Below are positions 1 to 15,402 of a stretch of 64,000 nt of DNA, piece after piece. A program made the position numbers and the translations under genes. Location of the stretch: assembly GCF_000143415.4 (NCBI RefSeq), contig NW_003314300.1, forward strand, positions 780,825-844,824, in the 5' to 3' direction. This stretch comes from Selaginella moellendorffii (Eukaryota > Plantae > Lycopodiophyta). Numbering within the stretch: the stretch's first letter is position 1; each line of letters opens with the position of its first letter. The notes beneath the pieces were generated by a model that worked only from the letters and a program-made list of their open reading frames with translations, searched no databases and was not told the DNA's origin.

Positions 1-395
1 ATCAATTCCGATCTCAAATTCATGAGCACCAGCCTCAACTACATGAGGGTAATCTTGTGACTCCTTTATTATTTTGGAGTTTGCATCTTTCCCGTGATCC
101 CAACTATAATTGTTTACCACAACTACATTAGCCCGTTTGCTACGTTAAACGCTCATTTGAATCACATCCTCAACTCTCTGAGGAAACCTTTATACTGTTC
201 CCAAGATCCCAAAGTCGTTCCCTTACTAGCCTTTTCCATCCACCACATTGCACACAAGTTCACACATGAACTTGAGTGGAGAGCTATGTCCTCTTGACAT
301 GCTCCTCCTCGAGGATAGGTCCATACCTAGAACCTTCCAATTCCAATATAAGTGGTGATATACTTGAGCACCAATAAGAGTCGGACTAAGGAACA

Positions 396-407
396 GCTCT
401 GATACCA
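396..407 (-). promoter_or_regulatory. Primer-binding site (tRNA-iMet) of an LTR retrotransposon whose internal region runs off the left edge
   Basis: The reverse complement TGGTATCAGAGC lies 3 nt from an LTR terminus (TGTAAG at 411). Confidence 0.85.
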
Positions 408-1404
408 AGTTGTAAGCAACTAAGTTTTCCATTCTACTTTAATCACTTAACCACACCTTTGACCACTTGGAAGAGTCTCACTCACAACCTCTATAAGTCC
501 TATTTCGGACTTGGGCTTTCTAGCCATGAGAATGGCATCCCTGCCACTCAACCTTTGGACTTGGTCCAAGTGCTCCACATGTCCGATCCCATAACCGACA
601 CCCCAAGGTACCACTGACATATTGGCCCGTTACGCTAAGGCCATGCCCATTCACCTTGGTCACACCGGTGAACTAACGCCACCTGCATCACAATCCCATC
701 TCTCAAAGGTTGGGCCATCCGTCCATGAGTGATAATCCCAGATCCACTCCTTAGCATCCTTAGGATGCCCACAGACATGGGGAATAGCCTTCCCCACTAT
801 CTCTTTTCCAATCCCCACCAAGTCCCTTTCTGTCTATGGCTATGTTTGCCAACACTGCCACTGGATCAATGCCCACCGGCCCGACCACTAAGTCCTATGG
901 TCCTCTAGGACTTCCTCACCGTGTGACTGTGTCTTTGGTCACCACACCAGAGGGCCACTCCTCTTCCTTTCCATAGTCTGGGACTTTGGGACAACATTTC
1001 GGAACATTGTGGCCCTACGCGGGCCTCATGGGTACTCTCCCTGCCTTCCGCCTTTAGGTGCTTTAGCCATGGGCTTAGAGCGAGGTTCCGTTGAGCCACG
1101 CCAGGTATTTAAGTAGGTAGTGCCACCCACACTTGGATTGGGAGCATTGGCTAGTCGATTTCCTGAGGGAACTAGAGCTGGCTCTTGAACACTTCACCAA
1201 GTTACCCTACTTGTCGGTCCGTGTTCACTCTAGTCTTGGACTTCCCAGTGGGTAGCTCATCACCCAACACTAGGTACAGCCTTCCTGGGCCAAACTGGCC
1301 TTTCCTGGCCAAACTGGCTCCACTATAGTCCTCCCCCTCACTATACTTTTGGAGTTCACCAAAGCCCCCAGGGTCTAGGAGACGAACGCTTTGGGCTTTC
1401 ACCC

Positions 1405-1742
1405 TCTCAGACTCGAACTCGGACTCGAACTCGGACTCAGACTCGGACTCGGACTCGGACTCGGACTTGGACTCGGACTCGGGCTTGGGCTTGGTCCTAG
1501 CCTCGGCCTCGGTCTCGGTCTCGGTCCCGATCTCAGTCTCGGTCTCGGTCCCGGTCTCGGTCTCAGTCTCAACCTCGGACTCCATCTCGGGTCCTTCTCG
1601 GACTCCATTTCGGATTCCATCTCGGGTCTATCTCGGACTCCATCTCGGACTCCATCTTGGACTCCATCTCGGGTGCATCTCGGACTCCATCTCGGATTCC
1701 ATCTCGGACTCCATCTCGGGTCCATCTCGAACTCCATCTCGG
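1405..1742. repeat. LTR-internal tandem array of 6-bp (GGACTC/GGTCTC) and 12-bp (GGACTCCATCTC) units
   Basis: Direct reading. The array produces spurious low-complexity ORFs. Confidence 0.9.
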
Positions 1743-2819
1743 TGTAAGCGACTAAATTTTCCATTCTACTTTAGTCACTTAACCACACCTCCGACCACTT
1801 GGAGGAGTCTCATTCACAACCTCCATAAGTCCAACTCAGGACTTGGGACTTGCTAGCCCCGAGAATGGCATCCATGCCACTCAACATTTGCACTTGGTCC
1901 AAGTGCTCCACGTGTCTGATCCATGACCGACACTCAAAGGTACCACCGACACGGCAGCTTGTTATGCTAAGGCCATGCCCAATCACCTTTGCCACACTGG
2001 TAGTCCAATACCACTTGCATCACAGTCTTGGCTCTCCAAGACTAGGCAAACCATCCGTGAGTGGTCATCTCAGATCCACTCCTTAGCATCCTTAGGATGC
2101 CCACCGACAAGGGGAATAGCCTTCCCCAATATCCCTCTGTCAGTCCCCATTAAGTCCCTTTCTGCCCTTGGCCGTGTTTGCCAACACTGCCACTGGATCG
2201 AGGCTCACAGGCCCGACCACTAAGACCCATGGTCCTCAGAGACTTCCTCACCACTCGACTATATCCTTGGTCACTACACTAGAGGACTACTCCTCCTCCT
2301 TTCCACAGTCTGGGCCTTTGGGACAACATTTTGGAACACCGTGGCCCTACGCGGGCCTCATGGGTACTCTCCTCGCCTTCTGCCTTTGGGTGCTCTAGCC
2401 ATGGGCTTAGAGCGAGGTTCCGTTGAGCCACACCAGGTATCCAAGTAGGTAGTGCCACCCACACTTGGACTGGGAGCATCGGCCAATCGATCTCCCGGGG
2501 GAACTAGAGCCGGCTCTTAAACACATCACCAAGCTACCCCGCTTGTCGGTCCGTGTTCACTCTAGTCTTGGACTTCCCAATGGTCAGCTCATCACCCAAC
2601 ACTGGGTCTGGCCTTCCTAGGCCAAACTGGCCTTTCCTGGCCAAACTGGCTCCACTGAGCTCCAACCCCCACACTCTCCCTACTATACTTTTGGAACCCC
2701 CCGCAGCCCCCCCCCCCCCTGGGGGACGATCGCTTTGGGCTTTCACCCAACTGCCTATATTAGTATTCGGACTCGGACTTGGACTCGGACTTGGTCTCGG
2801 TCCCGGATTCGGACTCGGA

Positions 2820-2856
<37 letters not shown>

Positions 2857-3570
2857 CCAGTCTCAGTTCCATCTCGGACTCCATCTCAGACTCCATCTCG
2901 GGTCCATCTCGGACTCCATCTCGGGTCCATCTCAGACTCCATCTCGGGTCCATCTCAGACTCCATATCGGACTCCACTTTGGGTCCATCTCGGACTCCAT
3001 ATCGGACTCCACTTCGGGTCCATCTCGGACTCCATATCGGACTCCATCTCGGACTCCACTTTGGACTCCATATTGGACTCCACCTCGGGTCGATCTCGGA
3101 CTCCATATCAGACTCCATCTCGGACTCCACTTCGGACTCCATATCGGACTCCATATTGGACTCCACTTCGGACTCCATATCAGACTCCACCTCGGGTCCA
3201 TCTCGGACTCCATATCGGACTCCATCTCGGACTCCACTTCGGACTCCATATCGGACTCCATCTCGGACTCCACTTCGGACTCCACTTCGGGTCCATCTCG
3301 GACTCCAACTCGGGTCCGCCTCGGACTCCATCTCGGACACTTCCACGTGACATGTGTTGGTCCTTTCTGGGTCCCTTTTTAGAGCCTCGCTTATGGCTCA
3401 CTTCGTGCTCATTCCTCGAGCACGTTGTTGGGAGTTCCACTCCTGCTCTCGACCTTTCAAGTCGGAGCTTTTAGTCCAAACGTATTACGCTCGTTTGGCT
3501 TTCGCTTCGGCCACTACCACGTGGCGCCCCTCCGGCTCCACTTTGGGGCCTAGGGGTTTTGTGTCTCACA
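1743..3570 (-). mobile_element. Solo LTR (family L1) nested in the older L1 LTR
   Basis: TGTAAG...CTCACA termini and a 5-bp TSD CTCGG (1738-1742 and 3571-3575). Confidence 0.85.
2767..3337. repeat. Expanded LTR-internal tandem array (GGACTC, GGACTCCATCTC/ATATC/ACTTC units)
   Basis: Direct reading. Same units as 1405-1742, but longer. Confidence 0.9.
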
Positions 3571-3849
3571 CTCGGGTCCATCTCAGGTTCATCTCGGGTC
3601 CATCTCGAACTCCATCTCGGGTCCATCTCGGACTTCATCTTGTTCCTTTTGTGTCCCTTTTCTAGAGACTTATTGCTTGCTCCGTGCTTGTTCCTTGAGC
3701 ACTTCATTGGGAGTTCCACTCCCGCTCTCGACCTTTCAAGTCGGAGTTTTCAATCCAAACGTGTTACGTTCGTTTGGCTTTCGCTTTGGCCACTACCACA
3801 AGGCACCCTTCCAGCTCCACCTTGGGGCCTAGGGATTTTGTGTCTCACA

Positions 3850-6800
3850 TCCTGGGGATGATGTGTACCATTGGTTTGATCACTTCATGGTGATTGCCAT
3901 ATATCATTCTTGGGATGATGCTTGACATTTGCATGAGTTTCCCACGTGTCTCCAAGGAATAACACTGCAGTGGTACAATGGTTTGAGCGCAGCCACTTGT
4001 GGGGATTGGAGTGTTCTCCTAGACATCTTCAAATGCGCATTTGGACTTGCTTGACAATTGTGATGATGCCTTCCAGCAATTGCATCATCTTCGTCAAGGG
4101 CCATCTGAATCGGTGATGCAATTTGGCGTTCTTTTCCGAACCCTCTTGCTTAGTGCGAAACCAAATATGTCGGAGCAGATCAAGCTAGGAATGTTGTGGC
4201 CAACACTTCATCAAGATTTTGTTGAATTTGTGCATGCACTTGCTTCAGCCACCCTTGACGACGCTCTTCACCTAGTACAACGTTATGAGACGTTGCCTCT
4301 TCCACTTCTCGCTACACATCCTTCTGCTCCACTCCCTGTGGGCGATGGTCCTATTCCAATGGAGGTTGATGCTACTGCTACTCAAGTCCAAGGACAAGGG
4401 CGAGGACATGGTCATGGCTGTGATGTTCACTGTTGGGCATGTGGTGAAGTTGGTCACACTTATCGGTGTTGTCAGCGTTTTCCGGATTGGCAACCTCCAT
4501 TTCCTGGATGGAGACCTTGGCGTCAACAACGTCCTATTGGTGCCTTTGCAGTGGAAGGTCTGGACACTGAGATGCATCCAGGAAATGAGGAGTCATGCGA
4601 GTAATAAAGGGACCTTATGCGAATAAGTCAGTGATCCCTCCATCTTTCTTTCGGGAGTATCATCAAGGGGTTCATTCGGCACTAGTTCATGTAGTGTTTA
4701 CTTTCCAAGCTAGTTTTTATAACAAGAGATCTCTTATTATTCTCTCTGTGTTGGTTGATACATGTTCAAGCTTATCTTCTATTGCTTGACCTATTGCCAT
4801 ATGTTGCCATCTACATTTGCGTTGTGCGGCAGAGCCAATTTTTATTCTTTATGGCAATGGCTATACATATGCATGTGCACGGGATGAGGCGGACCTGGTT
4901 GTGCGTGTGGGTAATCTCAAGCTTGGGTTGTAGTCATTGTGGGTGGTGCTAAGTCAAGTTTTTGACCTCATCCTTGGTATGGATTGGTTACAGCGCAATC
5001 ATGCCAAGTGTGACTTTGAGGCTTTTCCCCCTTGTCTCATCCTACTTTATGTTTCATCCATTCCTCTCACTTCAGTACCTCTTCGTCCCTTTACTTTTAC
5101 CTCTGCTTCCATTACTTTTGTCCCCCCACTCCTTCCTCCTATCTTTCTATCTTGCTCTACTCTTCCCTTTTCCAATCCCTCCGACAATCTTTGTGTTGCA
5201 GCGGTTGACCGACTCATGAAGGAGTATTTTGATCTCTTTGAATTTAACCTATCGTCTGGGGCCAACATTGCTACACATCATACTATTTCAACTGGGGATG
5301 CATATCCAATCAAGGTTCCTGTTCGTCATCAATCACCCAAAGAGATCAAGATTTTACGTGCAAACGTCAAGGAGATGTTGGAGAAGGGTGTTATTCAGAA
5401 GTCGCAAAGTCCTTAGGCATATGAACCTCATCTTGTGATGAAGTCTAATAGGAGTATTTGTTTCTGCATCGACTATCGTTCGTTAAACGAAATGATAATT
5501 CTGGATGTATACCCTCTTCCTCACTGCTGATCTCTTAGATCGTCTAGGGCGAAGTCGTTAGTTCAGCAAGTTAAATCTTGCTTCTGGGTACTAGCAAGTA
5601 CTGATGGCCAAAGAAGATATTCCTAATATTGATTTTCGTACATTTTTTGGTTTGTACGAGTTCTTGGTGATGCTGTTTGGTTTGAACAATGCTCCAACAA
5701 CTTTCCAGTGGATGATAGACAAGGTTCTTTGCGATATGCTAAAGGTGACTGTTGACTTCATTGATAATGTCTTGATTCACTCGGAAGGGACATGGGAGGA
5801 GCACATTTGTGATGTTTGTAAAGTGTTGGATTGGCTATGGGACATTAGTTTAAAGCTGAAGTGATCAACGTGTGTGTTTGGGTCCAAGGACACAACTTAT
5901 CTTGGGTACCGTATTTCTCGTAAGGGTTTGCAAGTTGATCTTAACAAACTTGTAGCTGTTCTAAAGTTCCCTACTCCGAAGTGTGTGAATGATGTGCAGT
6001 GCTTCTTGGGCAGGGTGCAGTTTCTCGGTCATTTTGTGGATCATCTTTCTAATCACATTGCACCATTGCAAGCATTGCTAAAGTCATCAATGTCATCTTT
6101 CATATGGTCTCCAGATTATGAGCAGAAGTTTGTGAATCTCAAAGAGTTGTTGATAACTCCTCCAGTTTTGGCATATCTTGACTACCTTTCGGAATAATGG
6201 AAGACCATTAGGGTTTTCTTATCACTCGACCTTTTATTTTGCATGTGGATGCTTCTGATATTCGTCTTGGAGGTGTGTTGATGCAAGAAAGCCCGAGTGT
6301 GCCTGATCAGCATCATCCCATTGCACATATTAAATGTATGTTATATCCAGTAGAGGTGAATTACTCCACGACAAAGAATATCTACATAGTTCTAGTATAG
6401 CATATCTACATAGTTCTCAAACGTTACTTGAAGGTGATCATGCTGCCGTTACTTCATTATTGAAGCGAAAGAACCTGGTTAGTCATACTGCTTAGTGGGT
6501 TTGTAGCTTCAAATATATGATTTTGAAGTTGTTCATTGCCCTAGGAGTTCTATGGCTAATGTTGATGCCTTTTCTCGAGCTCCTATTCCTTCTCCACTTT
6601 CTTCTTATGTGTCTGATGAGCCTGTTGTTCCAGCATTTGTGGATTTTCTAGACAAGGATTTTGTGCCGTTAGCGGTTGCTGTACTCCACATTCAATATTT
6701 GCAAGGTGTAGAGTAGGATCTACCTTCTCTTGATGAGGTTCATGAGGCTCAAAAACTTGAGCCATGGATACGAAGGGTTCAAAATGGGTTTGAGAATCCT

Positions 6801-9236
6801 GCATCACTTGCTGATGACTTGCCATTCTGGCATTTACATTCTTAGTATCTTTTTGAAGATGGCCTTTTTTATTTTATGGGGACGGATCCTAATGATCATT
6901 TACAGCTGGTGGTGCATTTTGTCTTTATTCCACGGTTTCTCCATGTCTACTATGATTCTCTTGTTCTAGGTGGGCATATTGGACATCTTCGTGTCACTGA
7001 GAAACTGTGCAGGTTTTTCTATTGGCCGGAAATGCGATGATGTTATCCAATATGTGCATAACTGCGTATGGTGCCAAGCTCATAATACTCCCCCTCGTGC
7101 TGCGGAAAGACGGTTGGAGTCAATTGCAATTTCCCGTCCATTTGAGTTGGTGGCATTTGATCTTATGGGACCTTTTCCATGATCGATTGCTAGCAATGAG
7201 TATGTTATTATTACTTTTGACTCCTTGACTCATTGGGTGGAAGTTGGTGCTCTTGCTAGCGCCTCTGCAACTGTTGTTGGATATTTCCTCCTCAATCAAG
7301 TGGTGTTTCAGCATTTCTTCCAGAGCGGATTCTTTCAAACAATGGTCCCGCATTTATGGCTGAGGTATTTCATGTTTTGACGTCTCGGTTGGGGATATGC
7401 CACATTTTCACGAGTGCTTATCATCCACAATCAGATGGTTTGGTGGAACGACTCGTTCAGACATTCAAAGGGATGATCGTGAAGTACGTGAACTTTCAAC
7501 ATTCGGATTGGAATGGTTATTTGCCATCTCTTCGGTACGCATATGTCATAGGGGTGCAAAGTTCTGTTGATGCTTCACCATATAAACTTTTATATGGTCA
7601 TGATCCAATATTACCAACGGAGCTGGGTTTACCTTTGCAATTGCCACGAGTTGCCAATGCTAGGTCGTGGGATCAGTATTTGACGAGCATTCTTCCACTG
7701 GTCCGAGTAGAGTCTGCCGAACACTTAGGCCGCGTACAAATAGGACAACAACAACACTACAACTCCCATCATCAGTCACTTATGGAGTACAAAGTGGATG
7801 ACTTGGTATTAATCCATTTTCCCCATCTTATGGTACGTGGTTTATCTAAGTGTCGCGAATGTGACTTCGGGTATCAAAAGATACTTGTCAGCTAGTCCTT
7901 ACAGACACTCTCTCCTTACTGCCATGATGGCAGGAGGTCGGTACTACTGGTTCCCTTTATTGGCCCCTCTTGTCCAAGTGTTAGTAAACTGGACTTAGCA
8001 TCTGTACTTGGCCGGATGAGCATAAGGACAGAATTCCTAAGTGTCTATTTGGCCAAGCATACTTGGCCCAGCTTTTTAGTTCTCTTTTGCTCTGTCTTGC
8101 ACTAGCTTAGCAAGAACCCTCGCATATTGAGACTAGTCCCTCAATATCGCCGGATGATAACTTACCGTGTCTGCCAAACACCCTCGCTATCACACCCCTT
8201 ATGTTAGTCTCATTTCGGTCCCAAATACTATTTATGGAAAGTATTTAGATTCGCTCATTTGGCATGTCTACGGAATGTAGAGGTTGGCCTGAACACAATG
8301 GTGTTCGTCTCGTGTCCAAATTCGCAATCTAGCGCCATTCCATATTTAGTAAATTTCGAGCTTGTCCCAGAGACAAACTCCTGGTACTAAGGGAGGCTTG
8401 GGGTGAAAGCCCAAAGCGTGTGTTCCTCAAGGGGGGGGGGGGGGGGGGGGGCTATGGGGGGTTCCAAATGTATAGTAGGGATAGTGGTTAGAATGCATGT
8501 TCGACCACCTGAGATATTAGTTTGGCTCCCGCTGGGCTGTGTCGCTCCTTGTTCTGCATTCAGCTTGGGTCTAAGCCCAAGTTCCACGCTACTTTAGTCG
8601 GTGGAGTACCCTCCTCCTCACGTTAGGCCACCGGTATGTCAAAATTATGCCAGACTCCGTCTGACACCATTTTGCGTACAGGTGCTGGATACGGGGAGCT
8701 GGTGCTTGTGGGATTGTACCGGACCCTCGTTTCGTAACGCAACGGGCTTGGAGTTCGGCTCCAAATTCAGGTGCGCTACACTAAGGGCTTCTTGCTCAAT
8801 GAAAAGGACCGTATCAGGTGTTGCGGCAAGTTGGACCACAAGTTTATAAGGTCCGGCATGACATATAGCAGGCCGATCTTCCAGAGATTATGCATGTGCA
8901 GCAATTAAAACACTTCATAGCAAGGGATCAGGAGCAATTAATACCACCTACAAATCTGCTAGTGCCTCCTCCTGACGTTCCTCCTGATCCCGGCCCATCT
9001 ACAAGAGAACATTGATGGTCTTCCATTATTCCAAGAGGAGGGGATGATGTGAGCACCAAATGTATGGCTACAATGCTATATACTAATATTAGCGTAATGG
9101 GATTTTGGTAGCTATCGGATTGGTTTCAATCCAGACCACTTGCTCCTGTTAATAAGCTAGGGTTTTTGGGCTAATTGAAATGCATATTTTCTGTATTCCC
9201 TTTTCATATTCCAAACACTCATAAAGTGTTGCTACA
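3850..9236 (+). mobile_element. Decayed Ty3/gypsy retrotransposon (gag-PR-RT-RH-INT, PPT, putative short 3' LTR ~9048-9236)
   Basis: Gag with PxPMEVD and a zinc knuckle (CWACGEVGHTYRCC). Protease LVDTCSS and DLILGMDWL. RT (FGLYEFLVMLFGLNNAP, FIDN). Integrase (SAYHPQSDGLVER, GPY motif after 8780). PPT AAGAGGAGGGGATGA before TGTGAG at 9048. Many stops and frameshifts. Confidence 0.85.
7851..8780 (+). mobile_element. Solo LTR (family L2) inserted in the integrase
   Basis: TGTCGCG...GCGCTACA termini and TSD CTAAG (7846-7850 and 8781-8785). Reverse-complement similarity to the LTRs at 49775, 54456 and 61431. Confidence 0.9.
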
Positions 9237-10139
9237 TGCAAACAGCAAATTATTTTTTGTTCGCTTGAGGCCATGTAAAACGATCATGAATATCCAAGTA
9301 TATTCTAAGATATTATTTCATTTAAATTCTCAAACACAACTTTAACTTTCTTCTACCACACCTTAACAAGCTCACAACTTTCCATAGCAAAAGTTTTATA
9401 TTTTAAGAGTGGATTGTTTTCCATTTTCTCAAAACATCTCTGATATTATCTTTTTGGTTTTACATACACATGTGACATATCTCATTTGCCTATTAAAAAC
9501 TCCTCAAGCTCTTACACTTTACATTCATAAACCAGTAGAAAGCTTGCCACAAAAACATATTTACCATTGGTGTTGGCTGCTGCTTGGGAATAATAGATTT
9601 CACCCTCACTTTAAGGATTATGCATAAGCTTTCTTCTCATAGCAAGATCAATCACAAAATTTTGGCATTTTCTCTCATTCCAATGAAAGCTCCCAAATTG
9701 ATTTATGTTATGCTATTGATTCTCTTATAGCATACTATTTCTCATGTGCAACACTTGGTCAATACAATCTTAGTATTTATTACTTTGATGATAGATTTTG
9801 CCTTTGGGCTGCCATGCAATGTAAGTGTAATTTTAATTAAGTGATACTTAATTTTATAATAAACTTAAAGCAAACAAAGCATTGGTTTGCTAGTATATCA
9901 AGTACAATCAATTTAACAATTTTCTTGAACTGCCTATGGAAGGACTCGATCCAAAACAGTCTCCAGCAGGTAGCCAAGAACAACATCATCTTAAAACTCT
10001 AGGAATCTCTGAGCATAAGTTCTCTAGGCCAGGAAACCCTGAACTCGTGATGCCACCATTCTCACCTTACACCGCCAGCACACAGCTTTACTCTCGCAAA
10101 GTATGAGAACTAAGCTTTGCAAAGGAAGAAGAGAAGTTG

Positions 10140-10445
10140 TGCCGTGGAGGACGTCCCAGAGGCTTCTATTGTCCATGAAGTTGTAGAAGAGGAGGTTCCC
10201 AGCCGAGGATCGTGAGTATCCATACAAGCTCACCAAGTTTCAGTGCTTGATGTGGCTTAGAGTCGCGAGCTCCGTCTCAAATTCGCGGACGTTCTGTAGA
10301 TAGTGATCGCCGCTTGATCGCAGCTTTCTTGCCATTCTTGAGCGTGCATTTGTAGACGGAGCTCGAGGCACTGCGGCTGACGAGAAATCTTTCGTGGAGG
10401 TTGTCTGTGATGTGTGGCAAGACATGTCACTGTGGACCAAAGGTG
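10140..10445 (-). pseudogene. Fragment of an ERECTA-family LRR receptor kinase (juxtamembrane and kinase N-lobe)
   Basis: ITDNLHERFLVSRSASSSVYKCTLKNGKKAAIKR, then a frameshift, then REFETELATLSHIKH*NLVSLYGYSRSSAGNLLFYNFMDNRSLWDVLHG. Close to ERECTA/ERL kinase subdomains I-V, with an internal stop. Confidence 0.75.
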
Positions 10446-10634
10446 GAGTGGTTGACAAAAACGATTGGACGTACCACTGCTGCTCACCATTGTTGTTCAT
10501 TAAGAAAGTCTTTTTTCTGGCATCAAAAAATTAAATCAGTAACCATTGTAACCATTGTTTTCTTTATATTAACGTGAACACAGGATAAAATATACAATCG
10601 TAAAGGGAGATGGGAATCACAATCCGTGAAGAGA

Positions 10635-12494
<1,860 letters not shown>

Positions 12495-12781
12495 CTTGAT
12501 CGACGCGGCAGGCAGCGGCAGCGGCAGCGGAGGCTTGCAAATGGACCAAAATCTCTCGACGAAAGAACGATCGATCGAAGCGGCAGCTAGAAGACGACGC
12601 GATCGCGATGATTCGATCAGAGTAGCGCGGCAGCGGTGGGTGAGCGATCCCTGGAACGAATTCCCTGCGCAACCACTAGGGATTGAATGCGCGCCTTCTC
12701 TCTTTGCTCGCGGTCGGTACAATCAAAGAAGAATCACACACACACACAAGAAGCCAAACCTAGTTTAGAAGATCACAGTCA

Positions 12782-12806
12782 CTCTCTCTCTCTCTCTCTC
12801 TCTATC
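12782..12806. repeat. (CT)n/(GA)n microsatellite upstream of ADH copy 1
   Basis: Direct reading. Confidence 0.8.
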
Positions 12807-13342
12807 TCCTCTCCACCGCGCGAACAAACAAAGCTCTTTAAATCCTCTCTCTTTCTCTCCTCCTTTTCTCCTATCTATCTACCTATGTACCGTTATACCT
12901 CTCTCTTACTTTAAAATAGACCCGACCACCATAGCCAAGCACGGCAACGAACTTAGCAAGCTCTCTCTGTCGAGTCAAGCTCTTCCACATGCAACGTATT
13001 TAAAGCACGGCAAAGTCCACGAAGAAAAAATCCATACAAAGCAGGAGCTTTGAGATTTGCTCGTCGTCGTCTCCTAATAAGCACGCGTATCCGTCGTAAG
13101 AGACCAAAGCGATCAAATTTTCGCTTGCCTGGATCAAATCCCCGATCCCGATAAGAGCATCGTATTAACTTCATATAATGTGCGTGTGTCCAGCGTCCAT
13201 CCGACACGCAAAACTTCACGCCAGAGGATATTAAAAATCTCGCCTTTGGAAGATTCCAGGTGCGTTTCCTGTGCGTGTGTTTGTCAAACACATTCGCATG
13301 AGCTACCAGAAAAGGAGGAAGAAAAAGCTCACCCTTGGAAGA

Positions 13343-15307
<1,965 letters not shown>

Positions 15308-15402
15308 TGCGCGTCAAAAGCACTAGAGCTGACTAGTAGCTCAAGAAAAACCTTTACTTTGAGTGGAGTCTTGTCAATCGCGGTTTGTGCCATGATATCC
15401 GG

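Larger units (their letters stand above)
411..3849 (-). mobile_element. 5' LTR (family L1) of a minus-strand retrotransposon, interrupted by a solo LTR of the same family
   Basis: TGTAAG...CTCACA termini and an adjacent PBS. Segments 411-1742 plus 3571-3849 are colinear with the copy at 1743-3570. Confidence 0.85.

Noticed and set aside
1202-3474. Long ORFs of 100-270 aa (SESESE, LGLGLG, SISD repeats)
   Set aside because: They are translations of LTR-internal 6/12-bp tandem repeats and are open in several frames on both strands.
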